NCBI GenBank assembly: GCA_003427395.1
Contig: BFEA01000003.1
Span: forward strand, 6,674,189-6,738,188
DNA from: Chara braunii
Lineage: Eukaryota; Plantae; Charophyceae
Length of the DNA stretch: 64,000 nucleotides
Reading direction: 5' to 3'
How positions within the stretch are numbered: position 1 is the stretch's first letter; each line of letters starts with the position of its first letter. The notes under the pieces were generated by a model. The model had not been told where the DNA came from and did no database searches. It saw only the letters and a program-made list of their open reading frames with translations. Position numbers and translations under genes: made by a program. Below are positions 1 through 12,599 of the stretch, piece after piece.

Positions 1-390
1 CAAGCAGTTTGCGGCAGAGCACACTGCAAATGTGAGAGATAGATTGGCAGCCCTCTCCGCATTGCAATCTGCTCATGCAGATGAGCTGATGACATTGAAG
101 AAGGAGATGACGTCCATCAAAAGCACGTTGGACCCTAATGTGGCAAGTTGCAAGGTCGGGCAAGTCCAACCACACCACCTTCTTCCCCCACGAAGACTGT
201 AAAGGGGAAACTGAGGGGGAATGGTGCCACCCAAATTTACAGGCGGACGGGATGAGGATGTAGATCCCTGGTTGTAAGCTTACTAGGGACACTGACAAAA
301 CTCATTTCGTGTTCTTCGCAATGTTGGATGCAGCGAGAGAGTGGGCGGACAGCGAAGTGTTGCAGGCAAGTGGAGATATTGCTAAGCACG
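1..390 (+). pseudogene. Decayed Ty3/gypsy gag fragment, 5' part
   Basis: Manual translation gives a coiled-coil-like stretch then MVPPKFTGGRDEDVDPWL*, a gag-type PxKFxG..EDV..W motif. The frame resumes after the SINE TSD at 2427. Confidence 0.6.
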
Positions 391-401
391 CCAAGTGTTC
401 T

Positions 402-2426
402 TTTTTTTCCCCTTGAAAAGCTGGCAGGGGTGTTGACGACAGTGCCGGGTAACGATGTCCAATAGGAGGCTGGGCGCACCGTGTTCAGCACTCCATCTTG
501 GATAGATGGACCCACCCACAGACAGGGAACAGTCAAGGACAGGACACTCAACCTCGACCACACCACACTAGGGCAGGTATTAGTCCACTGCACTTCTTTA
601 TTGCTGGCAACTGGCTGCGCTGTACCCAGGCTCAAGTTCCAGGGGCCCAAGGTGACCTGTCGGGTGGCATGCACTGTTACATGCTGCGCCTGCAACAGGC
701 TGCACGCCGTGCACGGGCCGTTTCCAGGCCCGTGACGTTTTCAGGCCAAAAGCCTGAAAACAAGGGCCTACAGGCCGTGTGTCATTTCAGCCTGAAAGCC
801 TGAAAACAAGGGCCTACAGGCCCTGTGTCGTTTCAGGCTAAACCAGGGCCTTTCACCAGCCCTGAGTGTTTTCAGCCTGAAACTGCGGGCCATTTTCGGG
901 CCCTCATCAGTTCGACCTGCCCTGAAACTCAGGCAACAAACCAGGGTCTTAGCACAGGCCATTTCGGGCCTGTTTTCAAGACAACCCCTGGTTGAGCTTC
1001 AACGCCAGGGTCTGGCACGTCTCGGCATTAGCAAGAGCAGCCTCCTGGACGGGCCAGCACTATATAGGACTGGCCCGCCCTGCAGGCAGGCAGGTAGTTC
1101 CTAGGTACTTCCCAGGCACGTCACGTGCAGTTCAGGAGGCAGGAGGTAGTCTTCAGGATTCGGCAGCAGCACTCTGAAGGAGCGCTGCAGGAGTAGTAGT
1201 AGCGTTAGCAGTAGTCTTCAGCGTTGGGCGCTAGTAGCGTTAGCTGTAGTCTTCAGCGCTGGGCGCCATAGCAGCTAGAGTAGTACTATAGAGAGAGAGA
1301 TTGGGTGGAGGCCAGGACTTACCTGCAGCGACATCGCTCCAGCTTCACCTTCGAGGTACCTGCAGCACAGCGCCACCTTCACAGGTTAGTACCTGGCATA
1401 TGAGAGAGAGAGAGTTCTTCTTCTTTCTCTTCTCAGTCCACCATCTCCATCTCACCCTCTCTCTACCTGACTTCAGTGCATCAGCAGACTATGAGAGAGA
1501 GAGAGAGAGCTTGGTGACATTTGGATCCAGACTTGACATTGGACTTCAGACATTTTGACGAGGGATTATTTGGGACTTGTAACAAAGACTTGGTGTTGAC
1601 GACTTTCCCATCTCCCCCCTCCTCTTCTTCGTCTGTGCATGATCTGGACCTGGCGCCTTCCTCCTGTGTATAGCGCCAGGCTCCCTTCACACTTCGTGAT
1701 GAGAATGATGTCTGTTGGGTCTGCGTGGCAACATTGATTGGGCTAGTCATTGGTATTCTAGCATTCTGCTACGCTATCTTGCACTACGTGATAGAGGTCC
1801 GTTTCGGTCAGGTCAGGACTTGTATCTAAGTCTTCCCTGCGCTATAAAGCACCATGTTTGTATGTATCAGAATGTACATTACTTGTTGAGATTCTACTTG
1901 CACTGCATTGTCCATTCAGTCCTTTTTATCACATTGCCGATCCTCGGGTTTTATATGTACATCGCCCAACTGGGCATGTAACATGCACTGTCGCCTATCG
2001 CCAAGGGGGGTGTCGTAGGCCTGCTGGGGGAGCAGCAAACCCTGGCCTCCCTTCCCTGTGATTCAACTGAGTCCACCCCTCCCCCGCCCCATTCCCCCAT
2101 GAACCCGCATAACCCAAGGAGGGCGTACAAGTGGTCACGTTGGTCGGCACCCTCCGGCCTGAGAGCGCGTGCACTGGAACAGACTCAATGTAGCAGTCAC
2201 AATGGCTAGATCCCACAGTTCGGGTCTGTCTAATACCTGACTTGTGTGGATAAGCACCGGCGCTTGTGCAGATCAGCACCTGGTGTGTCCCTGGCCTGCG
2301 TCGGTCGACGTCCATCGGCCGAGTGCGCACAGTTGAGAGTTTGAGAATTTGAATTCACGGCCTCTAACCCCAATACGCATTTGACACCGGTCCGCTGCCC
2401 ACTGAGCTATGACCCTGGACAGTATA
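402..2426 (-). mobile_element. tRNA-derived SINE family 1, copy 1 (~710 bp net), interrupted by a solo LTR
   Basis: 11-bp TSD CCAAGTGTTCT at 391-401 and 2427-2437. Short A tail (T run 402-408). Minus-strand A-box TAGCTCAGTGG (2399-2409) and degenerate B-box GAATTCAAATT (2346-2356). Body is homologous to 54185-54899. Confidence 0.85.
675..1983 (+). mobile_element. Solo LTR (1309 bp), distantly related to the family B LTR
   Basis: Termini TGTTACATGC...GCATGTAACA form a perfect 10-bp inverted repeat. 5-bp TSD TGCAC at 670-674 and 1984-1988. The 1560-1700 segment resembles the reverse complement of the B LTR. Confidence 0.9.
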
Positions 2427-2437
2427 CCAAGTGTTCT

Positions 2438-2690
2438 ACATGGCTGAAATTTTCCCAGAAGTGCAGGGAGCGGTACACAACTGTCACTAGTCAAGATCAG
2501 TACAAGCCCGATATGTTGAGTTATTCATACAGGATTTGATCTGGGAATTTGATCAAACCTTGCCGACACAAAAGTCTGAATTGGAGAAATCTCCATTATG
2601 TATGTTAAACTTTTCATAAGGGTTCTTCGAAAGAGGATCATGAGCCACCTGCGTCCCCAACGCAAGGAGGTAAGGACGTACCACAAGATG
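2438..2690 (+). pseudogene. Decayed gag fragment, continuation
   Basis: Removing the SINE restores GDIAKHAKCSTWLKFSQKCRERYTTV, resembling the gag W..F....RERY helix. Confidence 0.55.
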
Positions 2691-2983
2691 ATAGAGGCTT
2701 TAGGAGGTTGAAGAGGATGTGGAGAGTGTTCCTGCGCACGCACAAGATGAACCTGGACACACTGCCGCAGCAGCTCACGACAGTCTGCATTCTTCACAAC
2801 ATCCTTCTCGACACAGGAATCGACTTTGATGAGAATTTTCTGTGGGAAATCGATGAGAACGGAGTGCGGCGCCGAGTGGACCTCGACATTCATCGCCCTC
2901 CACAGCGAGTGGTAATGACAACGCCGACAGACGGGGTGTACGAGTTGCACATTGCCTTGGCGGAGCGCATGAAACACACGTGA
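2690..2983 (+). pseudogene. PIF/Harbinger (HARBI1-like DDE_Tnp_4) transposase C-terminal fragment
   Basis: RGFRRLKRMWRVF...TVCILHNILL matches the ERAFGxLKxRW...CxxLHN C-terminal signature. The N-terminal DDE core is absent. Confidence 0.8.
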
Positions 2984-4071
2984 TTCGTCGTCGTGCTTGG
3001 AGACGTTGCGCATTCTGGTTGGATCGTCCTGTGTTTCGCCGCGCATTTCGTGGTTGTCCAATGTCGTCTGTTTCTTCGAGCGCCTTCGTTGCTCGCGCGT
3101 GGGCATGTGGCTGGCGGCGGTTGTAGTGGAAGTCGCCATCGTGGCGATCATGCGATGATCGCCTCCTCGACCACTTCCGCAGTCTCGCCGCACACGAGGT
3201 TGTATTCTTCATTTTCTGTTTTGTCAATGTGGCGATGGCACTAGGCAGGGTGACCATTTGCGCTGCTCCGGGTGGGCATTTGCAGACGTGGGGGTCGACG
3301 GTGGGTTTTGTTACTCGGCCAATTCGTCGAGGTCGGTCATGTGGCGCAGACTGGGTGAAGGGAACCATAGAAGAACAGCGAGTACGAAACTGTGTTCGCC
3401 GCCTCCTTTTTAATGTTTTGATCTTCGCCTTTCTGTTAGCATGGATAACATGCGCATTGTGGTGGCGGTGGTACTTTGCAATAGGAATTCTTTCGTGTTC
3501 TATTCGAACAGTGTTTTCTTTTGGTTTACCATGTTGCTCATGCATTCGCATGCCTGTATTTTTTCGTCCTCCATTGACGGGACTTCTGCATGTGTCATCC
3601 AAGTGCCTTTCAATGTTCGGATGTGACTGCCATGTTCAGACTTCATGCTTCACTTCTATTGTGCTGAAGTTTAATTTATGATTTTGCATTTCCCGTGGTT
3701 TTTGGTTGCGCTTTGTTGTCGTCTATTGTTCTTTTCCAAAATTTGGTGAAGCTGTCATATCTCAACCAACGACATGAAGAGCATCAAGCCGGAATGCCAC
3801 TATTAGAAGGATAAGCAAAGGTCGATGCACAGACACGCATCCGTTCAACAGTGTGCAGGCCCTCGACAATCACCATACGTCGCATTCACAACGCACGAAA
3901 AAGAAGTATTCATGACACCCATGTTGTTACATAATGAACGAACAAAGCGCCGGTGCGCAGTTCTTCACAAACTTTTGCAGTGAACGGCATCAAAGAGACT
4001 ACTGCTCTTATCAGTACCATTAGCACTGGCGGGGGCGTTTTCGCCAAAAAAAAAAAAAAAGAGACTACATA

Positions 4072-4550
4072 TGTAACGGGAGTGAGGCTGAGGGTGAGCC
4101 GAGGGAGAGGAGAGAGAGAGGGAGAGAGTGAGAGCACACACACACACTCACTCACTCGACACAACGGACTCGGACTGAGGGTTGGACGCAGACACAGTGG
4201 CAAGGCACAAAGTCGAAGTCTTGGATTCCCAATGCCGAAACGGCAAGTCACACTGAGTACAAGTACAGCAGCAGAGAACTGGTACGAGACTGGTCCCCGT
4301 ACCGTACGGGGAGCCGGTATAAGTACCGGTGACACGTACGGTACCAGGGGCATTTCTGCAAAGGCCCCGAGGGCAGAACTGAAAAATGCAGTATTTGAAA
4401 GTGGCGCCCGAATTGCAGCATGGCGCCAGTTGTCCAAAATCCTATGGTACCAAAGGAGGGGTTTGGAAAAAGGGTGCCAGGCCGAAAACGGGATGCAGCC
4501 GAAACAGCAAAAGATAGACCAGGGATCGAGCCCTGGCGAAGTCCGTAACA
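4072..4550. mobile_element. Solo LTR (479 bp)
   Basis: Termini TGTAACGG...CCGTAACA (7/8 inverted match). 5-bp TSD ACATA at 4067-4071 and 4551-4555. Confidence 0.85.
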
Positions 4551-4781
4551 ACATACACTTCAAACATAACATCAATCATAGCAGTAGTGAGGGTGGGCTA
4601 AACAGCCCTCATCGGCGATGGCACGAATGTCTAACCTATGGACGAACGACACATGAAACTTGCGCCGCTTGCACTGCTCATCTGCCACTGCCGACGTTCC
4701 ATGCACTGCTCCCACTAAGTTGCGTACTCCTAGGACGCGCCTCCCATGAACCCCCTTCAAATGCACGCGGAGTCCACGACA

Positions 4782-5870
4782 TCAAAGACTCATACCATCC
4801 ATGGAGGCGAGACACCAACATCCACTACTACCCTGCGTCAACTCCTCGAACACCTCATCAAACGCCCCCCCCTTCAAGGGATTGCCACCGTTTTGACTGC
4901 CATCATCCTTTTCGGCGCCCGCCGAAGGACCAATGCCGAGCCATTGATGACTCTTGGCTTCGTCTGCGTCCTTCAAGGCCACGTTATGGTTGAACTTGAG
5001 CTCGCGATCAAGCCAATCAGGTATGCAATGTGGGTAGTCACCTAGCGTGAGGTGGGGTTTCCCAAGGTGATCCAAAACGACGTTCTCGGTGTCAAGAATG
5101 TGTCTCCTCCCGTTAAAGATGTAACAACCAGTGGCAATTTAATTTAGTGTTGGTTTGGCAAGCATGATCGCTTAGAAGGATGCCTCGTAGTGGGAACGCT
5201 CGTCGTCGCCGCCGATGCGCATGATCCACATGCATGCGCTAAGGAGTGTTCGAAGACAATCGGCGAGCATGTTTAGTCTCTCCTGCTTCAAACGGCCGCC
5301 GTCGTCCAACACTCTGCAAGGCGGACAATTGTCGTCTCTTGCTGCGCCGCCATGTCGTCGTCCGCAGGCCTGTCGATGATCTTGACCCCCGCGAACCACA
5401 GAGGCACATACATCTTTATCTGCGAAGTGTAGAAGATCAGAGCCAGGGGAACCACGCTCGCGCACTCCAGACCTTGCGAGACAGCTCACGCTAAGTCCGT
5501 AGTGTAGTCCACGGTGATGTAAGATTCTGTGCGAGCGCAGCCATTCAACCGGGACGACGACCTGAAGATCCACCCGTGGATCGTGCGCAGCACAACATTC
5601 TGGGTGTTCCTCGCCCGGTAAAGAGCAGGTTCTCGCTGCGCGGGGTCGTCTATCTTGAAGCGCGGCACATCGTTCAGCCGCATGATGAGCATGGGCGGGG
5701 GCTCAGCTCCTGCATCTCCGTTGGCGAGGGCGATGAAGTAGTCCGCACAGTTGACAACCGCCTCCCGCAGCGGTTTCTCTTGCCCTTGCCCCTAAAAAAA
5801 CATCTCGCAATTCACCCACAGCTTCGACTGCGCCTCCAGATTGTCGTCCTTATTACTGGTCTTCCTCCTT
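4782..5870 (-). pseudogene. Frameshifted ORF remnant convergent with the transposase, probable Harbinger accessory gene
   Basis: Overlapping ORF pieces 5486-5692, 5172-5573 and 4782-5075 read as one frameshifted protein. The convergent two-ORF layout fits PIF/Harbinger elements. Confidence 0.5.
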
Positions 5871-5901
5871 CTTTCTTCTGCTTAGAAAGGAATAGGGATA
5901 C

Positions 5902-6007
5902 AGGCTTGACATGATAATTCCAGCACGAAGAAAATGCCCAGGCAAAAGCTGCAAAAGCCGCAAAAGCCACAAAACCCTTTTTCGTCTGGAATTATCATGT
6001 CAAGCCT
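5902..6007. repeat. 106-bp element with perfect 22-bp terminal inverted repeats (MITE-like)
   Basis: AGGCTTGACATGATAATTCCAG (5902-5923) and CTGGAATTATCATGTCAAGCCT (5986-6007). The spacer holds GCAAAAGCY repeats. No clear TSD. Confidence 0.75.
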
Positions 6008-7058
6008 CCAAAAAATATGTCATTTATTCGGGCGCAATGCCCAGGCAAAAGCCGCAAAACCCTTTCGAAATGATTTTCTTTTTTTCGTCTTTTCTTTTCA
6101 GTTTTCCTTTTCGCTTTCCCTTTTTCTTCCCAGGATTTCACAGTAAGGGTATATGATTCAACATATGTACGTACCTCTCGAGTTCTGGTCCTTGTTTAAC
6201 AAAAGAGACCTTGTGGTCCCCACCGCCATTTCTGCACCATCATGGGTACTATGGCATCAAAACTCAGTTTCAAGTTTCAACACTTTACCTTTCCTTGCAT
6301 CTGTACCAGGTTCTGCTTCTGCACCTGCACTTGTACAAGGTCCTGCATCTGCACCAGGTCATGCAATTGTACCAGGTGCTGGATGTGCACCTAGACATCA
6401 ACCTGCTTCTCTGTCTGCAATTCTCCTTGCACCTCTAGCCTGCTGCTGTTCAGCCACCTGGGGCAAGATAGAACGTACCTGCATTCTTCATTCATGGCCG
6501 CTCAATGCGCTCATCCTCTCATTTGATGTTCATAAATCAAGAATCCAGGCAAGTGGCTGTTCGTGTGCTGCTCGCATTGACGAGGGCGATGAAGTGATTG
6601 ATGTAATTGTTGTAGCAATTGGCATATTAATCACATAGTACTTTCTTTTTCTGAATTTTGATCTGTTATGTAACTTAATTAATTTGAAGGGATCACACTT
6701 GTGAATCTTCGTTTCACATTGAGAGTTTAATTTGTGATATTCAATTTTTCAGAAAGGGAATGGTTCAATGGTTTGAGAAATTAATTCGAGTTTCATTTTG
6801 CTCTGAATCATAGGTGTGGGATTGCATACGTACCTCCTGCACCTCCTTCAAAACTCAGAATTTAAAATCAACTCCTCTCGAGCTCAACGATCTTCGATTT
6901 ATGCCGCATACGGCGACATGATTATGAGGATGATCGCCATCACTATCATTTTGTACTTTTTATTTCATCTAACTATAATTTTTCTGTCTTATTCGTATTC
7001 TTTTGGCTTGTGTTTTTTTTTTCCCCAAAGCTTATGGAGATTCTCAAGGTTCTACAAN

Positions 7059-7115
<57 letters not shown>

Positions 7116-10100
7116 GCGCGCGCGCGCTATACCAAGTACTGACCTGCGAAAGGTGGTGCTTTGATGCAGGTGCGGACGTGCTGAAGACAAAGCTGGAGCA
7201 AGGGCTACGCAGGTAAGTCTCAGGTAAGTCCTCAGGCCGCCATCACCATCTCTCCCTCCCTGCACTGCTCTACCGTATCAGTGCCCAGCGCTGCAGACTA
7301 GTCCTATCGTCGACTACTACTCCGCTACTGTCGTCTGAAGTATGCCTCCTCGATCCTCGACTCAAGAATGAGGAACTGAGGCCGGACCCAGCTATATGTA
7401 GCACTGGGTTGGCCTCAGCCGCTAAGTCCTGGCGCTCAAACTGAGGCTGGGCCTCAAAGTTTGGCGCCCAAACTGAGGCTGCTCCAGCGCCTACCGAAAC
7501 GACGCGGCCTCAAAGTCAGGCCTTGGCGCCAAAACGCGCGCCAGGGCCTGTACTCAAAACGAGGCCTACAGGGCCTCTTCCTGGTACCGGTCCTACTCGG
7601 CCTAGACTCGGCCTACCAACCCTACGGACCCTGCTGAGGGTCGAAACGATGCAAACCCTACACCTACGGACCCCTAGTCTACCTGGTCGGGCCCTGTTGG
7701 GCCCGTGTGGTACTGAGTATGCCACACTCCCCCCTTCTTGAAAGACCGAGCTTACCTGCGAGGGCGAAGCTGTCTGTTGGAGGGAGGGACTGAAGTCCGG
7801 GTGGGAGGCTGTGCAGCTTCCGTGGCTAGCCGTTTTTTCTCATGATCGACGTAGACATCTGGTGCGGAGGCTTGCAAAGCTGCCCAGGAAATCCATCGCG
7901 TGTCGTCGCGTTCGCACCATTTGAATGTGACCTTGTACTGCATTGGCTTGTTGTCGTGCTTGCGATGCGTGATGACGCGGTCGTCGGTCGACTTCCTGAT
8001 GACCATCCATGGAAGGAGGGTCTTGCGATCGTCGGCCCGGGAAGTCATCGCTCTTGGCTGGGGTATATGTGGTCAGCTTGGAGGCGTGGAAAACCGGGTG
8101 CATTGTGAGGTGCGGCGGATTTCGATCACAAAGGAGGGGCCATCGGGCTCATCGCCCGCGGCTGATGTGACGGGCCATGGTCCAAACCACTTTGGAAGTA
8201 GCTTGCGGGATACATCTTGTTCAAGCGCAAACTCCTTCATGGAGACCCAAACAAGGTCGTCGGCGCGGATAGGGCATGGCACGCGACGCCTGTTAGGTTG
8301 CTGTTGCATGCGGACTTGAGCCTTTTGCATGTTGGCGCTGGCTTTAGCCAGCAGGTCCCTATACTTCCGAACGGAGGCGGGAGAACAAGCGGCGTCAATG
8401 TCTGCAGTCCTTGGAAATGGAAGATCAGCGAAGATACGGCCTTTCCTGCCACCGTGGTGCAACTCGAAGGGAGTCACGCCGATCGCCGGGTGCAACGAAG
8501 TGTTGTAGGCAAATTCGATGTCGGGGAGGCGGTCAACCCAATCCTTCTGATCCGTACGGATGAGTGTGCGAAGTATTACTTGAGCGGCTTGATGTGCCCC
8601 CTCCGTCTGCCCGTCCGTTTGCGGATGCCGAGCCGAACTTGGTTTCATCTCGATGTCGGACTCTTTCATGAGGGAGGTCCAAAATGCCGACATAAAACGA
8701 CTGTCGCGGTCGCTGACGATGTCTTCCAGAACACCGTGACCGCATATCCAGCCAGTGTGTAAAAGGCGCGCAAGTTCAGGAGTCGTGGCGTAGTACTTGC
8801 AAGGAAGAAATCGTGCGTACTTGCTCAAACAGTCAACGACCATGAGAATGTCGTGGTGCCCGAAACAGTCGCGGGGGAACTGGCCGATGACGTCCATAGC
8901 AATGGAGAGGCCGGGTTCCCGCGGGATAGGCAACAATCGTAACTCACCGTAGGGGTTGTGATTGTGGGGTTTGCTTCACTGGCAAACTTCGCAAGAGTCG
9001 CAATACCGAGTGACGTTGGTAATGAGGTCCGGCCACCGGAATCACTGCTGAAGCCTTGCGATCGTACGGTTGACTCCGAAGTGGCCGGCGAGTCGCGAGT
9101 CGTGGCATCTGCCGAGGAGGTGAGTCCGTAAACGACGGTCGTGTGGGACGCATAGTGAGTACTTGCCTCGTGAGTGAAGAAGCAAGTAGCCATCGACGAC
9201 GCGATAATGGCTGGCCGGCAGGTAATCCGAGGATAGTTGCTCGTAGAGTGTGGCGTATTCCGAATCGGACTTGTATGCTCGCACAAAATGCTGATGAAGG
9301 GCGTCGTTGAAACCGGACGCGTGGTGAGTCAATGCACAAAGATTTGATCTTCGCAAGAGAGCATCCGCGGCTCGGTTGGAGAGGCCCGAAATGTGTTTCG
9401 GTGTGAATTCGAACTGATCGATGAAGTACATCCATCGAGCGATCGTGCTGTTCACCGTGTCTTGCGTCTTGTAGTAGGTCAATGGGTTATTGTCCGTAGC
9501 CCAAGTGAACCTACGACGACCGAGGAGGAAATGTTGCCAAGGCTTGAGTACCGTGAAGAACGCAAGCAACTCCTTCTTCCGCGCATCATCAACCAAGTTG
9601 ATGGGGGCACCTTTTGGCTGAAGTACTCAATCGGATGCCAATCTACTCTGTCGTGTTGTTCCAAAACTGCACCCATGCCGTAGCCGGAAGCGTCCGTAGT
9701 CACTCTCGTAGGCAAGGTGGGATCGTAGATTCTCAGGACGGGAGCGAGGAGCAACGTCGTCTTAAATTTGTGGAACGAACTGCGGACTTCGTCGGTGAAC
9801 TGGAAGGGCACAATTGGAGACTGCAATCTTGACAAGGACGAGGCGATCCGTGCGTATCCTTTGATGAAGCGTTGCTAGTACCCGGCCAATCCCATAAAAG
9901 AACGGACTTCCGTGGTGTTGGTCGGTTCTAGCCACTCTTGGATGGTCTTGATCTTGTCCGAGAGTGGACGGATGCCTTGCGGCGTCACAAAGTGGCCCAA
10001 GTACTCGAGCTCTTGCTGCGCGAATTCGCACTTGGCTCGGTTGGCCTTGTACTTGACCGTACGTAGCCTGTCCAAAACAGCACGTAGATGCACGATGTGC

Positions 10101-10968
10101 TCGTCCAAAGTCCGGCTATACACCAAGATGTCATCGAGGTAGATGAGCACGAACCGGTCCAACATGTCGCGAAACTCTATTGTCATTGCCGCTTGGAAGG
10201 TGGCCGGGGCATTCGTGAGGCCGAATTGCATTACGACCCACTCGAAGTGCCCGTACTGTGTCTTGAACGCGGTTTTGTATCGATCTCTTGGATGGATCTC
10301 GAGCTGGTGGTAACCGGCCTTGAGGTCCAACTTGGAGAAGTACTTGGCGCCGCCCAATCGTTGGAGAAGATCGTCGATGCGTGGGAGCGGGCCGACATTC
10401 TTAATTGTTTGAGCATTAAGCTTACGATAGTTAATGCATAAGCGCAGTTCCTTGTTCTTCTTCCGGACGAAGAGAACGGGTGCACCGTAGGGCGAGCAGC
10501 TAGGGCGAATCCAGCCCTTGTCAATGAGGTCATCAAGTTGTGTTCGCAGCACTTCGAGTCCCTCCTCGCTCATGCGGTAAATACATTCGCGCGGAGGTAC
10601 GGCCCCATCTTCGAGGATGATCTCATGACGAATTGGCCGATTCGGTACGATTCCGACGGGGGCTTCAAAGACGTCGCCATAGGAGTCAAGAAGCTGTAAA
10701 ATGCGTGGATCCAGTGGTTGTTCCGCCGCTGGCTCGTCGGGAGGGGGGAGGGCTTGCAAGAAGCAAATGCCCATTTCCTCCACGTCGTTCCGTGCGATGG
10801 AGTTGCGAATGCTTGCCGCGGAGACCACGTGACAACCAATCGAAGGGTGAGGTGGGGGTGTCGTACATGGCCCAAGTATCCCGTTCCGGTCACGAACGTG
10901 AACGGTGCGGCGGTAGAAGTTCACCGGGTGGTCCTCGCTGCGCAGCCACGACATGCCCAAAATCATGT
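7059..10968 (-). mobile_element. Partial duplicate of gypsy element B (3' LTR part, PPT, chromodomain, IN, RNase H, RT); probable assembly artefact
   Basis: Appears identical to 19623-23532 at offset 12564, including all stops and frameshifts in the ORF track. Bounded by a single N (7058) and a Nextera adapter. Confidence 0.9.
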
Positions 10969-10999
10969 TCTTATACACATCTAGATGTGTATAAGAGAC

Positions 11000-11001
<2 letters not shown>
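10969..11001. other. Nextera mate-pair junction adapter (Tn5 mosaic ends), library contamination
   Basis: TCTTATACACATCT (10969-10982) followed by AGATGTGTATAAGAGACAG (10983-11001). Confidence 0.97.

Positions 11002-11053
<52 letters not shown>
11002..11053. repeat. (GT)n microsatellite
   Basis: Direct reading. Confidence 0.95.
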
Positions 11054-11056
<3 letters not shown>

Positions 11057-12219
11057 ATCTCTCATTTCCCCCCTGTTCACTTCAGCCTCCGTCAGTCCGT
11101 CTATCCATCATATCCATCAGTGTTTCGTTGGCTTCTGTCCAATGTTCGATAACTGAATAACATCACTCCGTCCATCTGCACCATCCAGCTGCTCCATTCA
11201 TCTGCTCCATCTATCCATGCATCCGTCCATCCATCCATTCCTTTATCCACCCACCCATGTAGCCGTCATATCACCAATCTGCCCATTCAAAAATCCGGTA
11301 TGTAAATTCTGTGAGTCCGTCCTTCTATTCCGTGGATGTGTATCCAGCATTCAAATTCTGTAATGCGACACTACCGTGGTTGGACTGGGGTAATGCCAAT
11401 TGTGCAGGTGTCCACTATGCAGGTTTCCACTGTGCAGGTTTCCAATGTGCTGGATTGGATAGGTTACTAGTTAGAACGTTTCCTAGCCATGGTGGCAACC
11501 CCTCGCCATGGTCATAGTGCAACCTGTGACCCACCACCACCCCCTCCTCCTGCCCTCCCTTCCCACCACATGTCAGACTCTGTGGAGAGTTCATCTTCTG
11601 TAATTCTATTACCAGTTGTTTGCGAAGAATTATTAGTGCACAATTCTGGATTTGGGGCGTTTAGACATTGTTGCAGACCTATAGCGACAAGAGGAGGAGA
11701 GGAGGAGGAGGAGGAGGAGGAGGAGGAGGAGGAGGAAGAGGAGAGAGGAGGGGACCCCAGGGGAGAGGAGGAGAGGGGAGGGGAGGGAAAACGAAGGACG
11801 GGATAGAGAATGAGGAGGAGAACAGCGAACTAACATTTCGTTAGAAATGACATTTCTTTTCATTGCACGAAATAAAATGTCCAAAATTTCCCAGGTTCTT
11901 TGTGTACCTTTTAAAAGCATACTAGTAAACACCCAGAAGGAAAGCCATTTCACAAACAGCAATCCTTTGTCATAAAATGTACAGGAATTAATACTAAATC
12001 ATGCCTTATAGTGTTATTTACTACGCCACTCCGGTCGCCCGGCCATGCGGCACGGTTGTACAGTCCGAGCAAGTCGCCCGGGGGTCACCTGCATGGGGCA
12101 TTCTGTGCAGGCAACAATCAGCCATTCTTGTTTTGGGGGGTGGAGCACCTCTGCGCCCACCTGCCTCTGTTCGAATCCGGGCTGACTCTTTGCTTATGAC
12201 ACACTCTCAGGTTTAGCCT

Positions 12220-12590
12220 GAACCAGACTCAAACAAACTCAGAACAGATTAAAAACAGACTCAAAAGTTCAGACCAGACTCAAACACACTCAAAGAGTCA
12301 AAACAGATTGAAAACAGAATCAGACAGACTCAGATGGACCTGCAGACTCAAAAGAGACTCACACAGACTCACACAGACTCAAAACAGGCTCAAAAAGACC
12401 TGTGACGGACTCAAACAGACTCGAAACTGACTCAGAATAGAATTAGACAGACTCAAACAGACCTACAGACTCGAAACAGAATCAAACAGACTCAAAACAG
12501 TAGCAGACAGACTCGATCGGATGTATGGACTCAAGCGGACTGAAAACAGATTCGAACAGACTTAGGAGTCAAAACAGAATACCCCCATCC
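12220..12590. repeat. Degenerate ~10-bp minisatellite (AAACAGACTC)
   Basis: Many consecutive variants of [A/C]AACAGACTC. Confidence 0.85.
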
Positions 12591-12599
12591 AAACAGCTA

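Noticed and set aside
3953-4993. 346-aa ORF
   Set aside because: It runs through a poly-A tract, a whole solo LTR and the antisense of another remnant, so it is a chance open frame.
9875-11080. RT ORF with novel His/Thr-rich N-terminus
   Set aside because: The N-terminus is the translated (GT)n plus Nextera adapter.
12165-12192. B-box-like GTTCGAATCC
   Set aside because: No upstream A-box, cloverleaf, tail or TSD was found.
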